Shown here: positions 12,748-24,437 of the stretch, in pieces
How the letters are laid out: every line of letters begins with the position of its first letter
How positions within the stretch are numbered: the first letter of the stretch is position 1
Assembly: GCF_030028105.1 (NCBI RefSeq)
Contig: NC_092379.1
Location: 130,298,065-130,362,064, forward strand
DNA from: Mobula birostris
Lineage: Eukaryota
Direction of reading: 5' to 3'
Length of the DNA: 64,000 nucleotides
Translations under genes and position numbers: made by a program
Notes under the pieces: model-generated
Databases searched by the model: none
What the model was told of the DNA's origin: nothing
What the model saw: the letters and a program-made list of their open reading frames with translations, nothing else

Positions 12748-13060
12748 GGGTGGCAGAGTGGGGATACGTCTCTACCGAAAGAGGTGTAAGGTGCTCCTTC
12801 CCTCCGCTCACACACAGGCCACCCTTGTGCAAGGTGCAGCACCTGCTTAGCCCCTTGATCAGGGTCACGTGAAGCCGTGGGAGCAGGAGGTGCATGTCTC
12901 AAGTCCTGTTCATGTGATCATTGACACCAGGCTGGGCTGGGGTTGGTCACCTGTTTTGTAAGGACACTGCCCAGAAGAAGGCAGAAAAATTTGCCAAGAG
13001 CAATCACGGTCGCGGAAAGACAACGGTCGCCCATGTCATACAACGCGGCACATCACGAAT
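12748..13060 (+). mobile_element. RTE-related non-autonomous element (second copy)
   Basis: Colinear with 3414-3733. Confidence 0.55.
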
Positions 13061-13167
13061 GAGCAAGTTTCCTCATTGTTATAAGTATTTAATTCTAAAG
13101 ATTGTTTTGAGCTCATAACTGATACTTGCCTGCAAAAAGCCTCCTAAAACTGAATTAATCTATACTT

Positions 13168-13400
13168 CCACAAATGAGAAAATCTGCAGATGCTGGAAAT
13201 CTGAGCAACACATATGAAAATGCTGGAGGAACTCAGCATGTCAGGCAGCATCTATGGGGGAAAAAAATACAATTGAGATTTCAGGCTGAAAACCTCGGGC
13301 AGGGCTGGCAAAGAGTTTTGGCCTGAAACATTGACTGTTTACTCTTTTCCCTAGATGCTGCCTGGCCTGCTGAGTTCTGCCAGCATTTTGTGTGTGTTGC
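13168..13400. mobile_element. Palindromic (inverted-dimer) Penelope-derived element with 13-bp TSD
   Basis: Two family terminal repeats in opposite orientation; TSD ttaatctatactt at 13155-13167 and 13401-13413. Confidence 0.8.
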
Positions 13401-13689
13401 TTAATCTATACTTGTAGCTGAATCTCCAGCTACTTTAGATTTGCTCTATAATACTGTCACAATGTTGTAAGTATTTGCTGTTTCAACTAAAAAATCATTT
13501 TAGGAGAGACTTTGCTATGTTTAACTGAGCATGATGCAACTATTGGTTAACTATTTTATACTACCAAATAGTAACTTTAGTAACTGTTTCTCCACAGGTA
13601 GCCTGTGATCTACTGATTATCCTGAAGGGGAACAGGGGCTTCAGATCATCTGTTGTAATATGGACTGCGGGATCCTTGGTTTGTTTTTT

Positions 13690-13950
13690 TTTTCCAGCGA
13701 TACACTTTAACAGGCCCTTCCAGCCCACCAAGCTGCATGCCCGGCAACCCACTGACTTAACCCTAGTCCAATCACAGGGCAGTTTACAATGACAGATTAG
13801 CCTACTAACTGGTACGGCTTTGGACTGTGGGAGGAAACACACATATGGGAAGGATGTACAAACTCTCTTACAGTAGACTCTGGAATTGAACTCCAAACTC
13901 CGACGCGCCAGGCTGTGATAGTGTGGTGCCAACTGCTATGCTGTCAGGCA
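13690..13950 (-). mobile_element. V-SINE (HE1-like)
   Basis: Minus strand has a tRNA-like head, the V-domain 'tttcctcccacagtccaaag' and a CR1-like tail 'ggaagggcctgtt'. Confidence 0.65.
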
Positions 13951-14112
13951 CCCGCGTTTTGGCCATTGAAAGAACTAGTTACTCGTAAATTGAAAGGAAT
14001 GATGGATATCTGATTTGAGTAATCTGTTCCAGAATTGAAAGATATTTCATAAGTTGCAGTAACAAACTGTGTTATGGGCATGTAATTGATTATAATTCTC
14101 CTTCCCAATTAG

Positions 14113-14219
14113 GTGGTGATTCGCCGTTTACCTCCTAGTTTGACAAAAGAACAGTTGGAGGAACAGCTCGCCCCGTTACCTGAACATGATTACTTCGAGT
14201 TTTTTTCTACCAACTCGAG
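14113..14219 (+). CDS. UPF3B: UPF3B exon 2 (VVIRRLPPSLTKEQLEEQLAPLPEHDYFEFF)
   Basis: 107 nt, aattAG..GAG/GTgaat; start of the RRM-like UPF2-binding domain. Confidence 0.96.
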
Positions 14220-14829
14220 GTGAATGTTAATATAACAGAATTGTATGAACTGTTTTTGAAATAGACCAAGCTTTCCTTACCACGTTAAAAGTTAGAGCTT
14301 GTTCTCAAAAGTCTTGTGGATCTGTAGATTTGATGTGCTGTGGTAATAAGGGCTAGAAATGCTGTCAGTCACTTTATGTATAAGCTGTCATGTACCTAGC
14401 ATCACTTTATGGACATACAGTCAATCTATATATATAAGCTATCCTATGTATTTATTAGTATTGTGTTCTTTATCTTATGTTTTTTTGAGTTGCATCACAT
14501 CCAGAGTAGAAAAAATTGTTTCCCTTTACACTTGTGTACTGGAAATGACATTAAACATTCTTGAATCTTGACATGTTCACCTGATGCATTAACTCTGTTT
14601 CCCTTTCTGTAGATGTATTGGTTCACATACTATTCTTGGAGATCAGTTCACTACAACAGTGCATTGAGGTAGTACAAAATAAAACGATAACAATGCAGAA
14701 TAAAGTGTTACAGCTACAGAGAAAGTGCAGTGCAAGTAGACAAGGTGCAAGGTAAACTAAGGTCAAGAATACATCTTATTAATCTAGGAAACCGCTCAAT
14801 AAGCTTATGACAGCGGAACAGAAGTTGTC

Positions 14830-15240
14830 CTTAACCATAGACATACAGCAAAATTAGGCCATTCGGCTCATCGAGTCTGCTGTGCCATTCCATCGTGGCT
14901 CCTACCCCCCCCCCCCCTTTTCTGCCTCCTGCCTTCTCCCTGTAACCTTTGATGCCCTGACTGTGAACCTCCGCTTTAAATATACCCAGTGACTTGGTCT
15001 CAGCAGCCATCTGTGGTAGTGAATTCCACATATTTGCCACTCTCTACTAAAGAATTCCTCCTCAGCTCTGTTCTGAATGAATGTCCCTCTATTCTGAGGC
15101 TGTGACCTCTGGTCATAGACTCTTTCTGCCCCCATTATAGGAAGCATCATCTCCAGGCCTGTCAATGAGATGCCCCCCTTAGTCTCCAAACCAGTGAGTA
15201 CAGGCCCAAAGCCTTGAAACGCTCCTTGTATGTTAACCCT
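14830..15240 (-). mobile_element. CR1 3' fragment
   Basis: NMWNSLPQMAAETKSLGIFKAEV plus CR1 3' UTR. Confidence 0.7.
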
Positions 15241-16689
15241 TTACTTGCAGAGACTGGTAGTACATGCTTTCAGCTCATTTTTCTGCTTATTGGGGAGGAG
15301 GACAGAAGGAATATCTGGGTTGGGTGGCCCTTTGATTATACTAGTTGTTGAGACAGTGAAGTGTAGACAGTCTATAAAGGGGAGGCCGGTTTCTGTGATG
15401 TGCTGTACTGCGTCCACAACTCTGCAGTATTTTTGTCACCAGCAAGGCAGTTGTCATGTATCCCAATGTGCTAAGTTTCTCAAGCAGTTTCTGTTTTTAT
15501 TTTAGATTTTCAGCACCTATGTTTATTCCCTCATGACTACTTGTGATATTGGTCAAGTGGTGCTATATTAATTGTTTGATGACTCAGTTTAATTCTACAT
15601 CAGTTAGATATAAGCCTGTCAGACTGCAGAGCAATTTTGGGATCCCACTGGTATAATTAACAGCATAATTGAAACAAATTGTGTTTTAAGTATAGAATGA
15701 AATCTTCCAGATTACTGTATTCTTGTCAGGCTGATCCCAATGGCAATCTTAAGTGAAGATCTCTGGACAGCAAAGATCTTGCTGATAATTCATCTATTAC
15801 TGACTGAGAATGATTTTTTTTTTTTTGGCCCTCTCATTGTAGCACTTCTCAATTTAAATAGAAACGCAGAGCTTTGTGACAAGAATCAGCTTGATTTATG
15901 ATCAGCCATTGAGGCAGTTTTGACTATTTCCATGACTAATTTAGCGAAATGCACTCTTTCATGCAATGTATTATGAGTTCTTTGTTGATCTCATGGGGAA
16001 AGTCCAGCAAATTACTTTTTTAAGATTGTATCAGTGTGAATAAGTCTCAGCATTTTGTTTCTCAGTTGGAGTTGAATTTATGATTAGTGGATGTATAAAA
16101 TATGACTGGTGGTGGTGAGAATTTTCTTGCTGTGTAGAACGTTGAAATCAAAAGCACAGTCTTTTTAGCATAACAACATGAGAAGCAGATGTAAGCGTAG
16201 GCTACTTAGCTCTTTTTGTGTTTGTCTTATCATTCAATAACTTTGTGTATCATTTTCCTGTACTGTCTCCATATCCTCTGATTTACCTTCGAAATCCAAA
16301 ACTCTGCTTTGTCTTTGACATGTTATTTGGCTAGTTGCCTTAGCTGAACCAGTCAATTCCTCAACCTTGATCACTAAGAACAACAACTGTGGCGATAACA
16401 ACAGTATTGTGGAAGGTCGGCCCTGAGATCCTTAAATTCAATATTCCTTCACTGTTGTTGAGACTGAGTTGCTTAAGTTACAAGGAGAGACTGATAGGGG
16501 GAGGCTGTTTTCTCTGGAGCATACAGGGCTGAGGGAATATCTTGTAGAGATAGATAAAATCATGAGAGGCCTAAATAAGGTAAATGGCCATATTGCCCAG
16601 GATAGAAGAGTGTAAAACGAGAGGGCATAGGTTTAAGGTGAGAGGTGAAAGATTTAGTGAGGACCCGAGGGACAAATCTTCCCATAGAC

Positions 16690-16769
16690 CAGGATTTCCC
16701 AACCTGGGGTCCATGAACCCTTTGGTTAATGATGGGGGTCTATGGCATGAACAAGTTTGAGAACCCCTG
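16690..16769. mobile_element. 80-bp hAT-type MITE inside a CR1 fragment
   Basis: Ends CAGGATTTTCCCAA..TTGAGAACCCCTG; imperfect 8-bp TSD ccatagac/ccttagag. Confidence 0.55.
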
Positions 16770-18387
16770 CCTTAGAGGATGGTTGGTGTATGGTATGAGC
16801 TGCTAGAGAAAATGGTAGAAGTGGGTATAATTTCCACAGGTAGATGGATAGAAATGTTTGGGGAATATGGGACTAGCTCAGGTAGGCAACTTGGTCATCA
16901 AATTGTTCCCCAAGGGCCTGTTTCATGCTATATAACTTTACATCCTTGGTAACGATTTTCACAGTTTGCTACATTATGACTAAAGATGTTTCCTCTCATC
17001 AATCACCTTTTTTGTATTGAGGATCTGACCCTGGGTTCTAGACCCCACTGATGTGGGAAGCAACTAGCCTTTTAAGCCCAACTAGAATTTTCTACCTTTT
17101 CAATGAGATTACCTCTCACTTCTGAACTTTAATAATACAGATGCAGTCTGCTTAATCTCTTTGTACTTCAGCTCTTCTCCTTGGATATCACTGGTGAACT
17201 TGCACTATGTATCTTCTATCATTGGTGTATAGTTGGTAGAGGTAAATTGGTTTATTACTGTCACACGTACCAGGGTACAGTGAAAACTTATTTTGCATGC
17301 TGTCCATATGAATCAATTGATTACAATGTGTTGACATAGTACGAGGGGAAAGCAATAAAAGAGCAAAATAAAGTGCAGTGCAGGTAAAAAGATATAATTG
17401 TACTGGGGAACCATTTAATAGTTTTAAAGACAGGCTTTCAGGCTTCTGTATCTTCTGCCCAATGGGAGGGAGGAAGAAACGAGGGTGTCCAGGGTGCCTG
17501 GGATATTTAGTCATATTGTCTACTTTACCAAGGCGGTGAGAAATGTAGACAGTCCATAGAGAACAATACTCTGCCCAATATTAGGAGATTTGGTCTCACC
17601 AGGCCCTGTATAATGAGAGTAGTGTATATATCTGCTCTATACTCAAATCCCCTACAGTAAAGGCCAGCATAAAGAATATATAACACTACAGCACAGTGCA
17701 GGTCTTTTGCCCCATTTACTACAAGGTCAATCTAACTTCCCTTCCCTCCTAGCCCTCTATTTTTCTTTCATTCATGCCTATCTAACAGTCTCTTAAATGT
17801 TCTGAGTGTATCTACCCCTCCCAGCAGCCCTGGTTGCACATTCCACACACCGACTACTCTGCCTTTAAGAAAGGAAAAACAACTATCTCTGACATCCTTC
17901 CCCATACTTTCATCCAAACACCTCATCCGAAATGTCTCTGGTTCACCACTCTATCTATGCCTCTTATCAAGTCACCTCTCATTCTTCTTTCCATATCATT
18001 TTACTTTCATGTTCAGTGATTTGTGTACAAGAAGTTCCTTCTAAATATTGACACTTTTCAATCTGTTGCAATTTAAAAATAATATTGCACCTAATTTTTT
18101 TCCTTCTGGTAAAGTGGATGATTTTGCAATTTTCCACATTATAATTCATCAGGCCTTTCAGTTAAACTGTCTCTAATCCCACGAAGCCTCTGTTCATCTT
18201 CCTCAGAACCCACAGTCCTGTAGCTTTGTATTATCAGCAAGGTTGGGTATATTACAGTTAATCCAAATCTTTGATATTAAATGAAATGCTAGGTCATAAG
18301 TGCTGTCCAGTCATTTCTATAAAACAATTGAGCTAAAAAGTACCCTTTTCAAGCTGTTTCTTACACAAAATCTCTTTCTCTCTACAG

Positions 18388-18494
18388 TTTGTTTCCCCAC
18401 ATATTTTCTAGAGCATACATAAACTTCAAAAACCAAGAAGATATTGTGCTCTTCAGGGATCAATTTGATGGTTATGTTTTTATTGACAGCAAAG
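18388..18494 (+). CDS. UPF3B: UPF3B exon 3 (LFPHIFSRAYINFKNQEDIVLFRDQFDGYVFIDSK)
   Basis: 107 nt, tctacAG..AAG/GTatgg; phases consistent. Confidence 0.97.
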
Positions 18495-18584
18495 GTATGG
18501 TACTTTTAACTATTGTTAACAACACTTCAATTGTTTTGCACAATTTGCATCTGTTAAATCACCTCATTTGTATCCTCAAAAGTA

Positions 18585-21217
18585 CAGTGGATTCCAGTTA
18601 ATTAGAACACATTAGAACCGGTACATTTTGGCCCAATTAAGCAGCTGACCCAGTTAACTTTTATGGAAATAGTTAAAAGGATATAAAAAAGACAAACTGC
18701 TGTTTGAGTAACACATTATGTATTTAAATGAAACACAAAATAAATTAGAGCTCTACCAAAACTACGTTCCTATAAAATTATTAGTTCCCTATAGTTATCA
18801 ATGGAGGAATTCATTCAATGTATGCTGATGTGTTCTTTTGACTGTAAATTAACAATATCAACCCAGACACCCCACTAAACTCAGTTCTCCCATCCAGTGC
18901 CACCAAACTCATAGTTCCCTTACCCTACACTGCTCGCTTCTACCTCCTCCCAAGATCCACAAACCAGACTGTCTGAGTAGGCCGATTGTCTCTGCCTGCT
19001 CCTGCCCCACTGAAATTGTGATACCTTGATTCCATTCTGTCCCCCTTGGTTCAGTCCCTTCCCACCTACATCCTCAACACTTCTCATGCTCTTGATCTCC
19101 TCAGTAACTTCCAATTCCCTGGTCCTGACTGCCGCATTTTCACCATAGACGCTCAGTCCCTATACACTTTTATGTGCCATCAAGAAGACTTCAAAGCTCT
19201 CCACCCCTTTTTAACAAAAGAACGAACCTGTTCCCCTCTGCCACCATCCTGCTCAGTCTGGCAGAACTGGTCCTCACACTCAAATATTTTTTCCTTCAGC
19301 TCCTCCCACTTTCTCCAAACTGGAGTGGTAGTCGTGGGTAGCACCTGCATGGGCCATGCTATGCTTGCCTCTTTGTTGGCTACGTAAAACAGTCCATGTT
19401 TGAAGCCTTATCCTCCATCTCTTCCTCCACTTCATTGGTGCTGCTTCATGCACCCATGCTGAGCTAGTCAATGTTACCAACTTTGCCTCTAATTCCCACC
19501 CTGCCCTTAAATTCACGTGGTCCATCTCTGACACCTCCCTCCCTTTTCTCCATCTCTGGAGAGAAGCTGTCAACTGACATCTGTAATAAACCTACTGATT
19601 CCCAAGGTTATCTTGATTATACCTCTTCCCACCCTATCTCCAGTAAAAATCCTATTCCCTTTTCTCAGTTTCTTCCTCCACTGCATCTATTCCCAGGGTG
19701 AGGCTTTCTATTTTAATTCATGTCCTCCTCCTTTAAGAATGTCCCTCCACCATAGATGCTGCCCTCACCTGTTTCTCCTCCATTTTCTGAACATCCGTTC
19801 TCACCCCATCTTCCCACCACCTTAACAGTGATAGAGTTCCTCTTGTTCTTATCTACCACCCCATTAGCCTCTGCATCCAAAACATCATCCTCCCCATGTT
19901 TCGCTATTTCCAAAGGGATCCGATCACTAAACATATCTTTACTTTCCACCCACCCCTGCAGCATTCTACAGGGATTGCTTCCTCTAGGATTCCCTTGTCC
20001 ATCCATCCCTCCCCACTAATCTCCCTTCTAGTGCTTATAGCTGCAAGCAGCCAAAGTGCTATACTTGGCCATACACCACCGTCCTCACCTCCATTCAGGG
20101 CCCCAAACAGTTGCTTCAGGTGAGGCAACACTTCACCTGTGAATCTACTGGGTTTATCTATTGTGTCGGTGCAGCCTCCTCTACATCGGTGAGACTCATC
20201 TTAAATTGAGGGACTGCTTCGTCGAGCACCTCTGCTCTATCCATCACAAGCAAACTTCCTGGTAGCCAAAAATTCGTACAGGTAGGTCCATGGCCACTTC
20301 TTGTGCCTGGATGAGGCCACTGTCAGGGTGGAAAAGTAACACTTTGTATTCTGTCTGAGTAGTCTCCAACTTGATGGCATGAATATTAAGAAAAAACTCC
20401 CCCTTGACCTTTTGCCTCTTCTCACCTGCCTATCACTTTCCCCTGAGTCCCCTCCTCCCTCCCCCTCCGTGATCCACTGTCCTCTCCTATCAGATTCCTC
20501 CTCCACCCCCTGACCTTTCCCACCTAACTGGCTTCACCTTCCAGCTATCCTCCATCTCTTCCCCCACCCCCCACCCCACACCTTTTCATTCTGCTGTCTT
20601 CCTCCTTCCAAGTCCTGAAGAAGGGTGTCGGCCTGAAACATTGATTGCTTATTCATTTCCATAGATGCTGCCCGACTTGTTGAGTTTCTCCAGCGTTTTG
20701 TGTGTGTTACCTAGTGCAGAGAGTGGACTGCCTTCAAATGGTGCTTTTGACAATTGCATCCTCCAAATCTTCGATTTAATTGTAACATTTAAGATGATCG
20801 TTGATACCTCCAAATTCTAACTCGTTGAAGTGGTGAAATTATTTCCTTTTCACTCCTGACTTTCTATCATCTCCAAGCCTGAATACTTGAAACCACAATG
20901 TGCAAAATAGTTCTGAGTTATCTGACAATTTATTACTCGCCAGTTATCAGTAACAAAAATCACATTTTAACATAAACATGGCAAGTGATGATATTTAAAC
21001 ACTATTCACCCTAAACACAGTGTGGTATCTAACAGCCACGTGGTGTGCAGGAGGCTGAAGCTAGGTTACAGTTGCCTGCTCTAATTAAGCAGCATACCAT
21101 CCCAAATAAATGAAGGGAGTCCTGCTATTTTTCTGCACTTGTTTTTGTTCTTTAAGAGTTGTCCCAAATAAGCGGCTGCCTTGATTAACTGATAGCCGAA
21201 TTAACTGGAATCCACTG
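18585..21217. mobile_element. pogo/Tigger-like non-autonomous DNA transposon split by a Penelope insertion
   Basis: Perfect 19-bp TIR CAGTGGATTCCAGTTAATT / AATTAACTGGAATCCACTG; left flank TA. Confidence 0.75.
18872..20709 (+). mobile_element. Penelope-like element, 5'-truncated and degenerate (RT + GIY-YIG endonuclease + terminal repeat)
   Basis: LPTYILNTSHAL..FTIDAQSLYT, MG(S)TCMG..YACLFVGY-like, KPTDSQGYLDYTSSHP and FTCESTGFIYC..LYIGET; ends in the hammerhead-bearing repeat at 20611-20709. Confidence 0.85.
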
Positions 21218-21246
21218 TGTGAATAGTAATTTCTTTTTTTAACTTA

Positions 21247-21832
21247 TAATGGTGTCGGTGGCATCCGTTAGTCTCGTGAGACCATGGATCTGCGCCTGGA
21301 AATCTCCAGGGCGCAGGCCTGGGCAAGGTTGTATGGAAGACTGGCAGTTGCCCATGCAGCAAGTCTCCCCTCTCCACAACACCAATGTTGTCCAAGGGAA
21401 GGGCAAGGGCTGATACAGCTTGGCACCAGTGTCACCACAGGAGTTGCCAGAACGAGGTTGAAGGCAACGTCGGACTGCCTTAGGGACTCCAGCTCCGGAT
21501 TTGTCCTCAGGGTTTACTCCCGAAGCCTTTCCCGTGAGTGGGTATGGCTGCAAGGCAGCGGAGGTTTGAAATCAGAGTTTTCTCTCTTAGATGGACTGCC
21601 TTCCCAGGCTGACGAGCTCCATCTACCCGAAGCACTGGTTTTAAGGCGCCAGGACCTGCCTTCGCCGTTTCTCCTGTCAGTAGAAACAGTTCCACCGAGC
21701 TTAGAGGCTAAGCCTCACGAGAAGGCCAGGAGTTGGACTTGGTTGTCAGAGGCTATTTGAGGCGCATGCCATGAGGAACACTTTTAGGTAGTGGGAGCTT
21801 GTCCCCACAACCACTCAGCTTGACAACCTTGG
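21247..21832 (-). mobile_element. RTE-clade 5'-UTR-derived non-autonomous element
   Basis: RTE-like 5' UTR ('tggagctcgtcagcctgggaaggcag..aaactctgatttcaaacc'); related copies at 22085-22635 and 30375-30960. Confidence 0.6.
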
Positions 21833-22084
21833 AATTATAGTGTTGTTTAATAAATACTGGTATTTTTTACTTGCCCACTCTTGGAATATGATGATATGTA
21901 GCATTATTTTGCCTAGGAAGGTTTCTCTTTGCAGTACCACCTGCAAAGGGAAGATGCTTTTCCATGAAAGGTTTGGTACTCTGGGTGTTCCGTTAGCAAA
22001 AGAGTGAGGAATATCAAATAAAATTACATTGTTTCTTTTCTATTTTGCTATGTACCTCTGTCTATGAGTGTTGAGACCTTCCTT

Positions 22085-22635
22085 TGGTCAGGGTTGACCA
22101 TGGATATTAACATCTTCGCTGCCTACTTGATACACAAGCCAGGGCAGTACAATAATGAGAGCAGCTGTTGCCCGTGTAGCAGACTCCCTCTCTCTACACA
22201 GCTGTTGAGTCGAAAGGAACAGCAGAGGCCAGCCACGTCACAGGAGTTACCAGTCGGCATTGAACTCAACAAGGGACTCACAGCTCTGGATTTTTTGTCG
22301 GCGTTTACTCCTAAAGCCTGCCCTATGAGTGGGTTCAGCGGCGAGACAGCAGACATTTGAGATCAGAGATTTTGTTCTCCTTGGTGAGCTGCCAACCACA
22401 ACTGAAGAGCCCCATCTGCCTGAAGTGACTGGTTTTAAGGCACCAGTGACCTGCCTTTTTTCCCCTTCTGTCAGCAGTGGTTTTGCTGGGCTTAGTAGTT
22501 AAGCCACATGTGAAGGCCAGGAGCTGGACTTGAGTGTCAGAGGCTATTTGAGACGAATGCCATTGGGAGCATTTAAAAGGTAGTGGGAATTTATCCCCAT
22601 TACCACCCAGGCTATAACAACCTTAAAGAACTGGC
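22085..22635 (-). mobile_element. RTE-clade 5'-UTR-derived element (related copy)
   Basis: Colinear with 21470-21832. Confidence 0.6.
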
Positions 22636-22963
22636 TCTGGCTATGAATGTAGAACACATAGTGAAGCATAACTTCACTCTAAATAGAAGATATCCATCCA
22701 GACAGCCACAAAGTTGATTTAGTTGTTTTGAAAGGTATCCTTTGCTATTGAGCAGATTTGGTTCAAATGCCTGTCATGACTGTTCAAGATCAAATGAAAA
22801 ATTAATTTTGGACAAATTGTTCCAGCCTCCATACTAATAGTTACGTTTCAGTTACCTTAAGTTCGTATTTGATTAAATTTTTAATCTGATCTCATTTTAA
22901 TAGTTAAACCTTTTACTTGTATTCTATGTCTTGGCTTTCCTTTTCTTCTTTTCCTGATAATAG

Positions 22964-23062
22964 GTCAGGAATACCCTGCTATTGTAGAATTTGCCCCATT
23001 TCAGAAAATTCCAAAAAAGAAAAGCAAGAAAAAGGATGCAAAAGCAGGAACTGTGGAAGATG
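22964..23062 (+). CDS. UPF3B: UPF3B exon 4 (GQEYPAIVEFAPFQKIPKKKSKKKDAKAGTVED)
   Basis: 99 nt, aatAG..ATG/GTacgg; conserved VEFAPFQK. Confidence 0.97.
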
Positions 23063-24225
23063 GTACGGACAGTATACATTTTAGTGATGGTATGGAGTGT
23101 TTATCTTACTTATATAATATAAATGCTTGTAAACTGTTTTTATGTGATTGTTTTGTTTGTGTGCTTTGAATTTCAGGTAGATTTTTAAGGTGTAACTTGG
23201 GTATCCCGATTGTACCAACTTCAGATACAAGCATGTAAATTTTTGGGCTATGCCTCAAAAGTTATCACTGGCAGACATAAAAGTATCCTGTGGCTCAATG
23301 CAAGCTCTTTCTAGTGTGTTAACCTTTTCTGCTTCATGATCCTCAGTCAATGCATTTTTAAAAATATGTGCATTCTAGGCTGAACAAATTTATTGCAATG
23401 ACAAATTAAATAGCAACCATATCTGTTGGTCTGGAGTTGCATGTGGTCCAGAACAGATAGGGACATTGATGGACCAGGTGTGTTAGAGTATCACTTAAGA
23501 TAATTATTTGTTGCAATTACTGATTCAAATTCTAGTTTTTTTTTAATTCCCACCTGCTGTGGTGGGATTGAACTGGTGTTTTATGAATCATGAGCCAACC
23601 ATCGATTAACTGTTCAGTAGTTAACCATTGCATTTTGACTACCCAGACTACACTGACCCCAGAGAGATAATCAGTTTTAGATTAAACTCTAAATGCAATT
23701 TGATAGTGATGTGTACATGTGGCTGTTGCATTTCTTACATTACCAAAAGTGACAAATAACTGGCTCCTAAGTGCTTTGACACATTCTAAAAAGGATGTGA
23801 AAGGCTCTGTGGAAATGCAAGTGTTTCCTTATTTTCGGCTAGAAGATAGACTTTGGATTTATCTCAGAGCAAGGGGTTTTATCAAGGAAATGAAGAATTC
23901 CAAATTGTGCCTTCAATCCATCATGATACTACTTTTGTGCTGTACTCATTTTTATTCCATTATCTTGGGGGAAATGATTTAAATGAAAGACAAATGTTGA
24001 AAAAACAATCCTTCACTGGTTTCAAGTTTGAAAAACGACAGATTTTGGTAGAAAATACTGGAAACACTCAGAAGGCTATGAAAGAGTAAAAGGGGATTGA
24101 CATTTTGGGTTGGTGCTGCTTATTCTGTTGAAATAATTACTAAAGCTTCAACAGCATAAAAGTATAGGCCTGGAATGTTAAATATTTTGCTCTTCAGAGA
24201 TGTAACCTGTCCTTCCCAGTATTTT

Positions 24226-24437
24226 AGCAACACACATCAAAACATTCGGATCTCCCCCTCCCCCTCCCACTTTCAAATCTCTTACTAGCTCTTCCTTCAG
24301 TTAGTCCTGACGAAGGGTCTCGGCCCGAAACATCAACTGTACCTCTTCCTAGAGATACTGCCTGGCATGCTGCGTTCACCAGCAACTTTGATGTGTGTTG
24401 CTTGAATTTCCAGCATCTGCAGAATTCCTCGTGTTTA
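24226..24437 (+). mobile_element. Penelope-derived element with best-preserved hammerhead core and 15-bp TSD
   Basis: TSD ccttcccagtatttt (24211-24225 and 24438-24452); short inverted 5' piece 'agcaacacacatcaaa' matches internal 'tttgatgtgtgttgct'. Confidence 0.85.
24303..24339 (+). ncRNA. Minimal type I hammerhead ribozyme motif (probably mutated)
   Basis: agtc-CTGACGA-A-GGG tctcgg CCC-GAAA-CA-TC-aactg: both catalytic boxes and stem II intact; stems I and III altered, consistent with CpG decay. Confidence 0.65.

Noticed and set aside
21239-21760. 158-aa and 104-aa ORFs in UPF3B intron 3
   Set aside because: They fall in an RTE-derived UTR repeat, and the related copies do not keep the frame.
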